Shown piece after piece: positions 18,177 through 27,049 of a DNA stretch of 36,932 bases. Both the position numbers and the translations under genes were made by a program. How positions within the stretch are numbered: the first letter of the stretch is position 1; the number at the start of each line of letters is the position of its first letter. The DNA comes from Promethearchaeota archaeon (GTDB taxonomy: Archaea; Asgardarchaeota; Hermodarchaeia; Hermodarchaeales; Hermodarchaeaceae), in the NCBI GenBank assembly GCA_048939625.1, contig JBHLPH010000018.1, forward strand, positions 1-36,932, in the 5' to 3' direction. The notes beneath the pieces were generated by a model that saw only the letters and a program-made list of their open reading frames with translations, did not search any database and was not told the DNA's origin.

Positions 18177-20099
18177 TTATTTTTTGTAGCGTTTTTCGAC
18201 GATTCGGAGAAAGTCGTGTACCTTTGTGAAACAGGGAACTCCGAGTTCGATGAATTGTTGAAATCGATAGGGGTTAGTTGTAATGGCAATAGGTTTTATT
18301 TGAAGATTCGCTGCCGTGACGACGTCGGTTAGAGTATCACCAACAAGACAAGTGCTGATTGGTTTAGACTGTATTGCTTGGAGTGCTTGGAGAACTTGGT
18401 GGGTTCGTTGCATCCCGTGTTCGCGGCCCACGATGAAATCGATAGTGCCTTCGAGCCCAAGGCGGGTGATTGCGGTGCGAATATTGCGAGAGGTTTGTTT
18501 GGATATAATAGCAGTTTTTATTTTGTATTGGCGGATTGTGTGGAAGCCTTGTGCCATTGCCTTGTTCTTGGGGAGTTTTGCTATAGATTGTTCCTCATAG
18601 GTTTCAACAATATGGCTTATTTTCGCAAAATGGTCCGAATCCCGTTGTTGAGCACGGTAAAGATTAATCATAACAGAGGCTTCGTGGGGATCGATTAAGC
18701 CTTGCAGGAGAAGCATCTGTCGGACTTCTCTCCAATTCACCTTTAAATTGGCTAGGGTTCCGTCCAGATCAAAAATTAAAGCTCGGATTGGTTCGTGAAA
18801 CAAGCGCCGCTGAAGGTCATGGATGGTTTGATTATATTGGGTGCGAAGAATCTTCTTGGAGTGACCTGCTTGGGGTCGAAGCATGTTGAGGAATCTTGAA
18901 ATTATGCCGTACAGCAGCTCTGGTGGATCGCGGAGATGAATGTCAGTACGCTGATTCCGTCGAAAGGCGTACCAGAGCATCCGAAGCCACACTTGCGGAT
19001 TAGTGCGAAAATAGGCACTGAATCCCGGAAGAAGCCAAGAAAAACAACCCCGAGTTCCCATTTCATGGAAAATCGGATATTCTGGAGCTTCAGGGGAAGG
19101 TGTCCAAGTGTATTCTTGGCTATGTAGCAAGTATTGAGGAAAATCGAGGCCCCAGGCTGTGGCAAGTTCTAGGCTCCCCCAAAACTTCGGGTTCACCTCA
19201 ATCAAGTAAAATTCACCAGTCTCTTCATGTTTCCTGAATTCTACCATGAGCACGCCAGACCAATTCAGAGATGAAGTAATTTTCCGTCCCAAGTCAAAGA
19301 GAGTGGTGTCATGCTCGTGGCAGGCAACGAGGCTGGGACCTCCACTTGGTTTTGTTTCAACAACACGGCGGTGTGCATATTCAGCAAGTATATGTCCAGT
19401 TTGTGAGACAGAAAAGTAGCCAGCCCCAGAGCCAGGAATAAATTGCTGCGCAATCAAGGACCCGGTTCGAGATTTAATAATCCGCTCGAGGTCAGCAGCA
19501 TGAAAGATATATTGTGGTCGGGCAGCATCAGAGGTGCCCTTCACCACAAGGGGCAATCCGAGTTCTTTGAGTGTCTTTTTCCATGAACGTTTGTCGATCT
19601 TTTGGGTGGATGGATACTTAACCCCTGTTGTATGGCAGAGTTGCGCTAAAGTAGCTTTATCCGCAGCTTTCTTTATTGCAACATGATTGGGGACAAGAAG
19701 AAGCCCTTTCTTCCCCAGCGATTTGCGATGGTTTGATAATAGCATCGCATCGATAAACCCAACAGGCACCACAATTGGATCATATTGGTCCATCAGTTGC
19801 CGAATATGAGTAATGTAGGCTTTTTCGTTTTCATAGGGGTTGGCAATTTTATAGCGGCGATCGAGGTACCGTGAAAAAACTGGTGAACGCCATGCATGAA
19901 AGGCGCCAATTGTCAGGTATTTCATCTTTTTTAGAGAATGAATGATAGGGTAGGCCTTCCGTTGATTGGCGCAGACGATTAGGGCTGTGGTTTTTCCACG
20001 CTGGGCGCCCTCCGTTACTTCACCTCGTCGTCTGGAGGCTGTAGAAAAAAGATTTGCCAAGGAAGAGTGACCCAAACCAGAGGGCATGTCTATCAACAC
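18177..20099 (-). CDS. ATP-grasp carboxylate-amine ligase fused to C-terminal HAD-family hydrolase
   Basis: ADKATL, PLVVK, QQFIPG, SGGPS, MVEFR, YLIEVNPKFWGS; then IFDLDGTL and VGDTLTD. Start uncertain (20099, 20087 or ACG 20015). Confidence 0.85.
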   Translation of the reverse strand: MLIDMPSGLGHSSLANLFSTASRRRGEVTEGAQRGKTTALIVCANQRKAYPIIHSLKKMKYLTIGAFHAWRSPVFSRYLDRRYKIANPYENEKAYITHIRQLMDQYDPIVVPVGFIDAMLLSNHRKSLGKKGLLLVPNHVAIKKAADKATLAQLCHTTGVKYPSTQKIDKRSWKKTLKELGLPLVVKGTSDAARPQYIFHAADLERIIKSRTGSLIAQQFIPGSGAGYFSVSQTGHILAEYAHRRVVETKPSGGPSLVACHEHDTTLFDLGRKITSSLNWSGVLMVEFRKHEETGEFYLIEVNPKFWGSLELATAWGLDFPQYLLHSQEYTWTPSPEAPEYPIFHEMGTRGCFSWLLPGFSAYFRTNPQVWLRMLWYAFRRNQRTDIHLRDPPELLYGIISRFLNMLRPQAGHSKKILRTQYNQTIHDLQRRLFHEPIRALIFDLDGTLANLKVNWREVRQMLLLQGLIDPHEASVMINLYRAQQRDSDHFAKISHIVETYEEQSIAKLPKNKAMAQGFHTIRQYKIKTAIISKQTSRNIRTAITRLGLEGTIDFIVGREHGMQRTHQVLQALQAIQSKPISTCLVGDTLTDVVTAANLQIKPIAITTNPYRFQQFIELGVPCFTKVHDFLRIVEKRYKK

Positions 20100-20134
20100 T
20101 ATTTGTACTCGTTTTCAGGAGTTTTGACTGTTTC

Positions 20135-20695
20135 CTAGCGCGGTTTACAAATGAGTTCTTGGATGTAAAGATCAAAGAGATTGTTTGTATGAGCAGGCTG
20201 TATTATCATCGCAGCATCAAGACCAGACCCTGAACCACCACAAGCCACGATGGCTTGATCCATGGGAAGTAGTCCAGCATCCGCTGCCATAAGTGTGATT
20301 TCAACACTCACTTTTACCCCTTGACCCAGCATTTTGAGGGTATTTGCAATGATGATTGCTGGTCCGATAGTGTCGAATTTTTGGCGAATTCCGCGCTCGA
20401 TACCACTTAAAACGTGGCTGGCTGTGAGGATCTTCACACCAGCCTCTTCGAGGGTTTTTCCGTGTTCAGGGAGCAGTTGATTCTTGCCTGGTTCTCTGAA
20501 TCCACTCATATGTGTGACAACAATTAGGGTGAGGTCCTTTAGGATGGTGAGGGCTTTGACTGCTGACGCACCCGTCGTCGTGGGGAGGACTGCATGAGTA
20601 ATATTGAGCTCTTTGGCGCGCTTGCTGACTAGGCGGAGGGTTTCTTCTGTGTTGACTGGTCCCTTTTTTGCAAAATAGGTAACAGGGATTTTCAT
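20135..20695 (-). CDS. Pyruvate kinase C-terminal-like alpha/beta domain protein (MTH1675/DUF1867-like)
   Basis: YFAKKGPVNTEETL, TTTG.SA, VVTH, GQGVKVSVEITLMAADAG. Confidence 0.85.
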   Translation of the reverse strand: MKIPVTYFAKKGPVNTEETLRLVSKRAKELNITHAVLPTTTGASAVKALTILKDLTLIVVTHMSGFREPGKNQLLPEHGKTLEEAGVKILTASHVLSGIERGIRQKFDTIGPAIIIANTLKMLGQGVKVSVEITLMAADAGLLPMDQAIVACGGSGSGLDAAMIIQPAHTNNLFDLYIQELICKPR

Positions 20696-20785
20696 GTTGG
20701 TCTCAATCGTTTTTTCGGTTATTAGACTATGGGTAAACCTCTAGTTTTTTGGGTAAGGAATCTTAATTTCTGTGAGGTGCTTGGA

Positions 20786-21463
20786 ATGACTGAAATCCCC
20801 AATGACATTGAAGAAAGTGTGGTCAAACGTTTTGAAAAAGAAATGAAGAAGGCCGTACGTTTGGTCTTCTTTACACAGAAAATGGAATGCCCCTTTTGTG
20901 CACAGACGCATCAGTTACTTGAGGCGGTGGCTGGGCTTTCGGAAAAAATCAATTTAGAAGTTTATGATTTTGTAGAGGATAAAGCTAAGGCCGAGGACTT
21001 GAGGATTGATAAGATTCCTGGCTTGGCGATTTTGAGTGATCGGGATTTTGGACTTCGGATGTTTGGAATTCCTTCAGGTTATGAGTTCCAGACATTGATT
21101 GAAGGTATTATCATGGCGTCTACGGGTGATAGTGAATTATCACCCAAAGCAGAAGAAGCGCTCAAAAGAGCAGCAACGAAACCCGTAAAGATTCAGATTT
21201 TTGTTGTTCCCACTTGCCCTGTATGCCCAGTGCTTGGGGCGATGGCATTTCAATTTGCTGTGGCGATTACTAACATTTCAGTAGATATTATCGAAATAGC
21301 AGAGTTCCCGCATTTAGCAGTTAAATACAATGTGATTGGAACCCCCAAAGCAGCATTAAATGAAACGATACAATTTGAAGGACTAGTGCCACCAACCCAG
21401 TTTGTGACCTATATTCAACAAGCTGCACAAGGGTCACCAACAGGCATTCCTTCAACCATCTAG
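20786..21463 (+). CDS. pdo: Protein disulfide oxidoreductase (two thioredoxin units)
   Basis: CPFC and CPVC, KIP, GIPSGYEF, GTPK; GAGGTG RBS before ATG 20786. Confidence 0.92.
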   Translation: MTEIPNDIEESVVKRFEKEMKKAVRLVFFTQKMECPFCAQTHQLLEAVAGLSEKINLEVYDFVEDKAKAEDLRIDKIPGLAILSDRDFGLRMFGIPSGYEFQTLIEGIIMASTGDSELSPKAEEALKRAATKPVKIQIFVVPTCPVCPVLGAMAFQFAVAITNISVDIIEIAEFPHLAVKYNVIGTPKAALNETIQFEGLVPPTQFVTYIQQAAQGSPTGIPSTI

Positions 21464-21504
21464 CGGTCTTGGAAATCTGAATGGACTAAATGATGGTGAA
21501 TACT

Positions 21505-22503
21505 ATGGCAAACCAACAAGAGATGTATGATATTGTCATTATTGGTGGAGGTGTAACAGGTCTCGCCGCAGCAATGTATGCTGGTCGATTGAAACTCAAA
21601 ACGCTCCTAATCGGATACCCCCCAGGTGGCGTTATTGCCACCACTGATTGGATTGAAAACTATCCTGGGTTTATTTCACTATCTGGCAAGGAACTGGCTG
21701 ACAAGATTTTAGCTCATGCAAAGGAGTATGAGGTGGAACTGGTTTTTGATGAAGTGACCGAGGTGACGCGTCAAGAACGCTGTTTTCAAATCAGTGCTGC
21801 CTTTGATGAGTATAAAGCGAAGACCGTTCTGTTTGCAACTGGGTCACGGTACCGGAAACTTCAGATTCCAGGAGCAGATACCTTTGAAGGAAAGGGTGTG
21901 CAATTTTGTGGGTTATGTGATGGACCCATGTTTCAGGATAAAATGGTAGCCGTAGTGGGTGGAGGAGATAGCGCAGCGAAAGAAGCATTAATTGTTGCCC
22001 AATGGGCGAAGCACATTTATATCATCATTCGTGGAGACCGCCTCAAGGCAGAACCTGTGAATTTAGAACGGGTTAAGAAATCCGAGAAAATCACACTCAT
22101 CTTCAACACTAATGTCACAAGTATCGAGGGAAATCAACGCATCGAGAAGATTGTGTTGGACACCCCCTTTGAGGGAAGCAAGGAGTTAGCTGTACAAGGA
22201 GTGTTCATGGCAATCGGTAGTGTTCCAATTTCTCAGCTAGCACAGAAGTTGGGAGTGAAAACGAATGAACAAGGGGAAATTATCATCAACCGACAAACCG
22301 AAACAAATATTCCTGGACTCTTTGCCGCGGGAGATGTAACAGATACGCAGTTTAAGCAGGCGATAACCGGAGTGGCAGAAGGAGTTACCGCGGCGTATCA
22401 GGCGTACAAATATGTAGGTGGGGACTTTGTGTGCACTTGTGTCGATACTGACTACCTCGATTGTCCCCCTGCTGAAGAGGATTTACGACGCCAACCCGAT
22501 TGA
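21505..22503 (+). CDS. trxB: Low-Mr thioredoxin reductase with Cys-rich C-terminal extension
   Basis: GGGVTG, ENYPG, ATG, CGLCDG, GGGDSA, AAGD, KQAITG; tail FVCTCVDTDYLDCPP. Confidence 0.9.
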   Translation: MANQQEMYDIVIIGGGVTGLAAAMYAGRLKLKTLLIGYPPGGVIATTDWIENYPGFISLSGKELADKILAHAKEYEVELVFDEVTEVTRQERCFQISAAFDEYKAKTVLFATGSRYRKLQIPGADTFEGKGVQFCGLCDGPMFQDKMVAVVGGGDSAAKEALIVAQWAKHIYIIIRGDRLKAEPVNLERVKKSEKITLIFNTNVTSIEGNQRIEKIVLDTPFEGSKELAVQGVFMAIGSVPISQLAQKLGVKTNEQGEIIINRQTETNIPGLFAAGDVTDTQFKQAITGVAEGVTAAYQAYKYVGGDFVCTCVDTDYLDCPPAEEDLRRQPD

Positions 22504-22526
22504 ACGATCATAGATTATGTTCTACG

Positions 22527-23387
22527 CTAGTCAGGTATTGACTGCCAGAGGGCTGGATTCATTTTGACATAATGTTTCTTTTGTTCAGCGACTTTGAAGC
22601 CCTCGGTTTCGAAGATATGGCGAGCCGGGTCGTTGGCAACTGAAACACAGAGCCAGGCACGAAAGTGCCCTTGTTCAGCAAGATAACTTTTCACCCATTG
22701 CGTCATCATTCGACCATAGCCCTTATTTCGTAAATCCGGATGGACTCCAAGCATACCAATACTGGGTCCTTCTAAACTGATGACGCCTACAGTGTTAGCC
22801 TGGTCTTTAACGAGGATGACTTCCATTTGAGAAAGGGTGGATTGGAGTTGAGCTTGAGGAAGTTGACTGATGTTGTAAACATGCGCATGAAGAAGCCGGT
22901 CAGGGGTATTGCTCATCATTGTTTCCAGATTCTCCATGACTAATTGAGTTTCGTCCGGAGATGCACGAGTAAAGGATAAGTGGGTTTTTAGGGGTGTAAT
23001 GTCTTGGAGTGGTAGACCCATTTTGAGAGTTTCATCATAAACGGAAAAGTTAGCATTTTCGAGTGATTGAATCGTTTCTTGTTTGTCAGCACCAACAATG
23101 CAGCTAAGGTAGGTTGCCTGTTGATTAGTGGCGATGACTTCCGCTTCACTCAATAAGCGTGATACAGCAGCAGGTTCATGTCGGAAAAGATAGATTTGAA
23201 TAAAGGTTGTACTGGCGGGTTGGAGCATTTCCCGAGGTTCTTTTGCAGCGACAATGAGTCCTAAGACCGTTTGGTCCTGCACTAAAGCCCAATAGGGAAA
23301 CTTAGTTTCGTCAAAGATTGTTTTCAACCCGAGGAACTGGTCTGTATAAGGTGCCATTTCATTATCAGTGGACGCAATCAGCTGCAT
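22527..23387 (-). CDS. Tandem-domain GNAT acetyltransferase (paralog of 10172-11029)
   Basis: LGVHPDLRNKGYG; NDPARHIFETEGF; shared KEP...P..T N-terminal motif. Confidence 0.85.
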   Translation of the reverse strand: MQLIASTDNEMAPYTDQFLGLKTIFDETKFPYWALVQDQTVLGLIVAAKEPREMLQPASTTFIQIYLFRHEPAAVSRLLSEAEVIATNQQATYLSCIVGADKQETIQSLENANFSVYDETLKMGLPLQDITPLKTHLSFTRASPDETQLVMENLETMMSNTPDRLLHAHVYNISQLPQAQLQSTLSQMEVILVKDQANTVGVISLEGPSIGMLGVHPDLRNKGYGRMMTQWVKSYLAEQGHFRAWLCVSVANDPARHIFETEGFKVAEQKKHYVKMNPALWQSIPD

Positions 23388-23496
23388 GGCTATCACACCC
23401 TCATTAGTTGAATTTCTCCGGATAAACCACTTAAAGATGGCGTTGAATTAGTGGGTAGTTGAAAATTGTCGGGGGAATCGCAGATTCGACTTCACA

Positions 23497-25893
23497 TCAC
23501 TCTGAGGAGGATAGATCTTCAGCCAATGTGATAGGAATTGGGAGGTTACAAGAGGGGCATCGTCCATCTCGGGTTAACCGTACCGAAATCGTTTGAATAC
23601 CAAGTCGTTCAACGAGTAGGGCGCCACAATTATGGCAAATAGTATTGGCGCCTTGATGGCCTGGAACATTCCCTAAGTACACGTATTTGAGACCCGCTCG
23701 CGACGAGGCGGCCGCGGCAGCTTCGAGTTTCTTAATTGGGGTAGGAGGGAGATGAGACATTTTGTGATGGGGGTAAAATCGTAAGAGGTGCAAAGGGGTG
23801 TCTTCTCCCAGTTCCTGGACAATCCATTGGGCAAGGGTTTCGGCTTCTTCAGTATCATCGCCAACATCGGATACAAGGAGATTTGTGATTTCAATATGGA
23901 TTTTGGCTGCTTTCATGGCCTTGAGGGCATCAAAAATCGGATCAACCGCGTTAACATTACAATAGTTCTTGTAGAAGGCTGGATTTGCATTGCCCTTGAA
24001 ATCAACGGTGGCGGCATCAAGGTAAGGCGCGATAGTTTCAATCGCGTCCGTTGTCATATAGCCATTAGTGACGAAGGTATTGAATAGCCCGTGTTCTTGA
24101 GCTATCTTCGCAGTATCATACGCGTATTCGAAAAAGATTGTGGGCTCAGTATAGGTATAGGAAACCCCTGTACATCCTGTATCTAACGCATACTCCACGA
24201 GTTTTTCCGGAGATATATTCCGTCCCACAATTTCGCGTTCATGACTAATCTGCCAATTTTGACAGTTTCCAACTCCAATGAAATTAGCAATGTAAGAGTG
24301 TTCATCTTCCACTTCCATATTGTATACCGGTCCGCTGTATGGTTTTCGATCAATTGCTTTTACCGGTAAAAGCCAAAAGTCCTTATAGCTTCTAAAGGCA
24401 ACTGCTCTATCAGGATCAGGTTTCTTCCTGCTTCCACCAACCAACTCCCTGCCAAATGTGTTTGTATTTACTTTAACATAATATAGTGTAGATTGGTGGA
24501 CTAATCTTCCTTCAATTTTTTTCTTTTCAGGAGGTTCCCATTCATACCACCCCGGCAAATAGCCAAGCTTGAGAAGAAGAAAATAGACACCAACTGAGAG
24601 TTTTTTTGAAATAGTGTTTATTGCTATATTATTGCCTGTTTCTGTTCCGTCTCCTTTGATATACGCCTTTAGAAATGATAGTATAACATTCTTTGGTGAT
24701 TTGAATATCAGATTAGGTACTTTCTTGCTTTTCGCGCTAGTTCCACAAAGCTGTTTGAATAGCACGCCAAGGGAGCTTTTATTAACCTCAACAGCTATCG
24801 TGGTCCTTCTTATTCTTTTTATAGCAGTAACACCAAAAATTTTCTTTAGAAGGAGGACCGTTCTTTCGGCTAATGCCTCCTCCTCGTGCCCGTAACTGAA
24901 ACTCACCTGGAATGAGTTAGGGCGGTTTTTGTCTTTAGTAACCCATCCTTCTGCAACATAATATCCTAGAAGCTCAGCGAATTCTTCGTTCATGGAAATT
25001 CTTGCAGGTATCCAACCTTTCTCGCTTCGAAACTTCAGATTGCCTTCATTTTCTTTTACATCATTTGTATAATAGAATGTCTTCTCCGTTATTCCTTCTC
25101 GTTCTATTTTTTTCATCAGCTTTCTCAAATATGTGGGATGCATACCAACATGCTTCCCTATTTCTCGTGAACTCAGACCCATCTCCCGTAATTTCATAAT
25201 TTCCTTGAGCTTCTTTTCATCCGTTATTCGTGATTTCTTAATCTTAGTTTTACTTTTTCCGATTATGGGAGCAATCTCGATGATTTCTCCTATAGTTTCA
25301 TTCGAGATCATTTTTGGTACAATCAGTAAATCTCCAACTCGAATATCTTCGGCTTTCTTCGTTGTTATGGCGCCATTCCAAACATAGATTTCGTGTTCAG
25401 GCGTACATTCTAAAGGAGGAAGATAAGAACCATTGATTTCTATGAGTTCTCCCTCGTAATTGTGGCAAAAGACCTTGCGTATTTTTCTCTTCTTTCCAGT
25501 TGCGCTATTCGTATAAGCATTTTTTACAATTCTAATATTCTCATTGTGAGTTTTTTCGGAACTAGCAAACAAATCTTGAATCTTTTGGGGAATTCCATTG
25601 CTGATTATCGTTGTTTCTGGATGGAAACAGAATTGGCATCTGAAATTACAACCAACGGTTGCTACGGACATGACCATGGAACCGGGATGGAAATGCCAAA
25701 GGGGTTTCTTTTCAATAGGGTCCGGATTGGCCGAGCAGGCTTTCCCATAGACTAGTGAATAGAGGGTGCCTTTCTCATTTTTACGTACTTGGCAGTACCC
25801 TAATTTGCCTTCAGCGATGGTGCAACGTCGACTACAGAGGTAGCAGCCGACCTTCTTGTCTGCAAGTTTATTGTAGAGCATCGCTTCGTGCAT
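23497..25893 (-). CDS. amrS: AmmeMemoRadiSam system radical SAM enzyme, intein-containing (798 aa precursor, 343 aa spliced)
   Basis: CYLCSRRC...GYCQVR, DPIEKKPLWHFHPG, GCNFRCQF|CQNWQIS, YTYTEPT, TNGY, YLGNV, CxxC...R...CPxC; GAGGT RBS before ATG 25893. Confidence 0.92.
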   Translation of the reverse strand: MHEAMLYNKLADKKVGCYLCSRRCTIAEGKLGYCQVRKNEKGTLYSLVYGKACSANPDPIEKKPLWHFHPGSMVMSVATVGCNFRCQFCFHPETTIISNGIPQKIQDLFASSEKTHNENIRIVKNAYTNSATGKKRKIRKVFCHNYEGELIEINGSYLPPLECTPEHEIYVWNGAITTKKAEDIRVGDLLIVPKMISNETIGEIIEIAPIIGKSKTKIKKSRITDEKKLKEIMKLREMGLSSREIGKHVGMHPTYLRKLMKKIEREGITEKTFYYTNDVKENEGNLKFRSEKGWIPARISMNEEFAELLGYYVAEGWVTKDKNRPNSFQVSFSYGHEEEALAERTVLLLKKIFGVTAIKRIRRTTIAVEVNKSSLGVLFKQLCGTSAKSKKVPNLIFKSPKNVILSFLKAYIKGDGTETGNNIAINTISKKLSVGVYFLLLKLGYLPGWYEWEPPEKKKIEGRLVHQSTLYYVKVNTNTFGRELVGGSRKKPDPDRAVAFRSYKDFWLLPVKAIDRKPYSGPVYNMEVEDEHSYIANFIGVGNCQNWQISHEREIVGRNISPEKLVEYALDTGCTGVSYTYTEPTIFFEYAYDTAKIAQEHGLFNTFVTNGYMTTDAIETIAPYLDAATVDFKGNANPAFYKNYCNVNAVDPIFDALKAMKAAKIHIEITNLLVSDVGDDTEEAETLAQWIVQELGEDTPLHLLRFYPHHKMSHLPPTPIKKLEAAAAASSRAGLKYVYLGNVPGHQGANTICHNCGALLVERLGIQTISVRLTRDGRCPSCNLPIPITLAEDLSSSE
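24265..25629 (-). mobile_element. 455-aa intein with LAGLIDADG homing endonuclease and HTH insert
   Basis: Block A CFHPET, block B CTPEHEI, LLGYYVAEG and FLKAYIKGDG, block F VYNMEVEDEHSYIAN, terminal VGN followed by extein Cys; visibly more AT-rich than flanks. Confidence 0.95.
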
Positions 25894-26103
25894 ACTTTGT
25901 AACCTCAACTTTCCATCATCACAGGACAAGTCCCATAATGGTTCGTGGGAATAGGAAAGGGAAGGATTATGGGAAAACCATAGAGATAGTTGCAGCACCG
26001 ATTCAAAGCTTTTCCCATATCGCAATACCAGAAAATTTGGTTAAAACGCAAGAACAGCACCTTAATAAGATAGAATTGATTTCGGTATTTTTGGTGAACT
26101 AGG

Positions 26104-26376
26104 TTGAAACAGTCCTACGAACTTGGAAAGCTAACCGTTATCGATCATGAAAGCCAGACACTTACTGGTGCTTTCGGTCTAGAGGAAAATCAATTCGATG
26201 AAATCGTAAATACGGCACGTGAAGCTTGGAACTATGAGGATACGGTCTCTGAAAGCGTTGAATTTCTCGTTAAGAAACTGAAGAATTCCGAATTAGTCCT
26301 CGGTTTACTAATCCTAGGCCGCATCTGGGAAGAAAACAGCATCGAAGACGAAGAAGCAGCAGAATCAGAAGAGTAA
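26104..26376 (+). CDS. Small acidic hypothetical protein
   Basis: 90-aa helical ORF with acidic tail, GGTGA upstream, pyrimidine/T-rich tract downstream. Confidence 0.7.
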   Translation: MKQSYELGKLTVIDHESQTLTGAFGLEENQFDEIVNTAREAWNYEDTVSESVEFLVKKLKNSELVLGLLILGRIWEENSIEDEEAAESEE

Positions 26377-26511
26377 CTGTTGCCTGCTCTTTTTCTCCTT
26401 CAGCAGAAGATGGAGTAGTCCTAAAGGCTTGAAGAGGATTTAGAACTCTGATTTATCTATTTTAGAAGTTTAGATGACCAATGAAGCTGTATTTCGATTA
26501 CCAGGGGGTAA

Positions 26512-26925
26512 TCACATTTCTTTACCTCGATCAGTAACATTTGTGATAACCCAGTCCCCATCAATCTTCACTAAATGAAAGTAGGTATAATGAACGCCAA
26601 TGCACTGTCCCATGCTGAGCATCTGCCATTCTACCGTTGCTGATGAGATTAGATTATCTTTATCGATATCATTCTGTTTGATTCGTGTGATGAGATAAGT
26701 TACCGAAAAGTCTGGATTAGCTTTTTTTGCCTGCCGAATGCCATCGAACTGGTTGGCAAAAATGGCTTCGGTGTCAAAGATGTACAATTCATCATTCGAT
26801 CCGTAACTAAATCGTCGAGCGTCTGGATGCCAGACTGTTAAAAAGAGTTTCTCGTCGATTGTTTCCTGAGCTAAGAAGAATATTCGTAGCGTTTCACGGA
26901 TCTTTTCCTTTTCCCGTACAGACAT
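26512..26925 (-). CDS. NTF2-like (lumazine-binding-2/SnoaL-like) protein
   Basis: VWHPDAR and YFHLVKIDGDWVITN motifs. Confidence 0.8.
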   Translation of the reverse strand: MSVREKEKIRETLRIFFLAQETIDEKLFLTVWHPDARRFSYGSNDELYIFDTEAIFANQFDGIRQAKKANPDFSVTYLITRIKQNDIDKDNLISSATVEWQMLSMGQCIGVHYTYFHLVKIDGDWVITNVTDRGKEM

Positions 26926-27002
26926 TCCAGCACTTCCAATAATGTGAGTATGTTGTGTCAGAGGCTAATTCGGTATTATAAGAATGCGATAAGTTGAGTT
27001 TG

Positions 27003-27042
27003 AAAAAGGGAGAATCGAAGAGCAGAACAGTTCCTGCTCTTC
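27003..27042 (-). terminator. Hairpin plus T-tract after DJ-1 gene
   Basis: GAAGAGCAG/CTGCTCTTC 9-bp stem (27017-27042), then GATTCTCCC and T5 on the minus strand. Confidence 0.6.
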
Positions 27043-27049
27043 TATGATT

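Noticed and set aside
22501-22530. TGA of trxB as selenocysteine
   Set aside because: No GCUG-like context, readthrough adds only a few unremarkable residues, and no SECIS is evident.
25894-26025. 44-aa N-terminal extension of AmrS in the ORF track
   Set aside because: RBS and family-like sequence start at ATG 25893.
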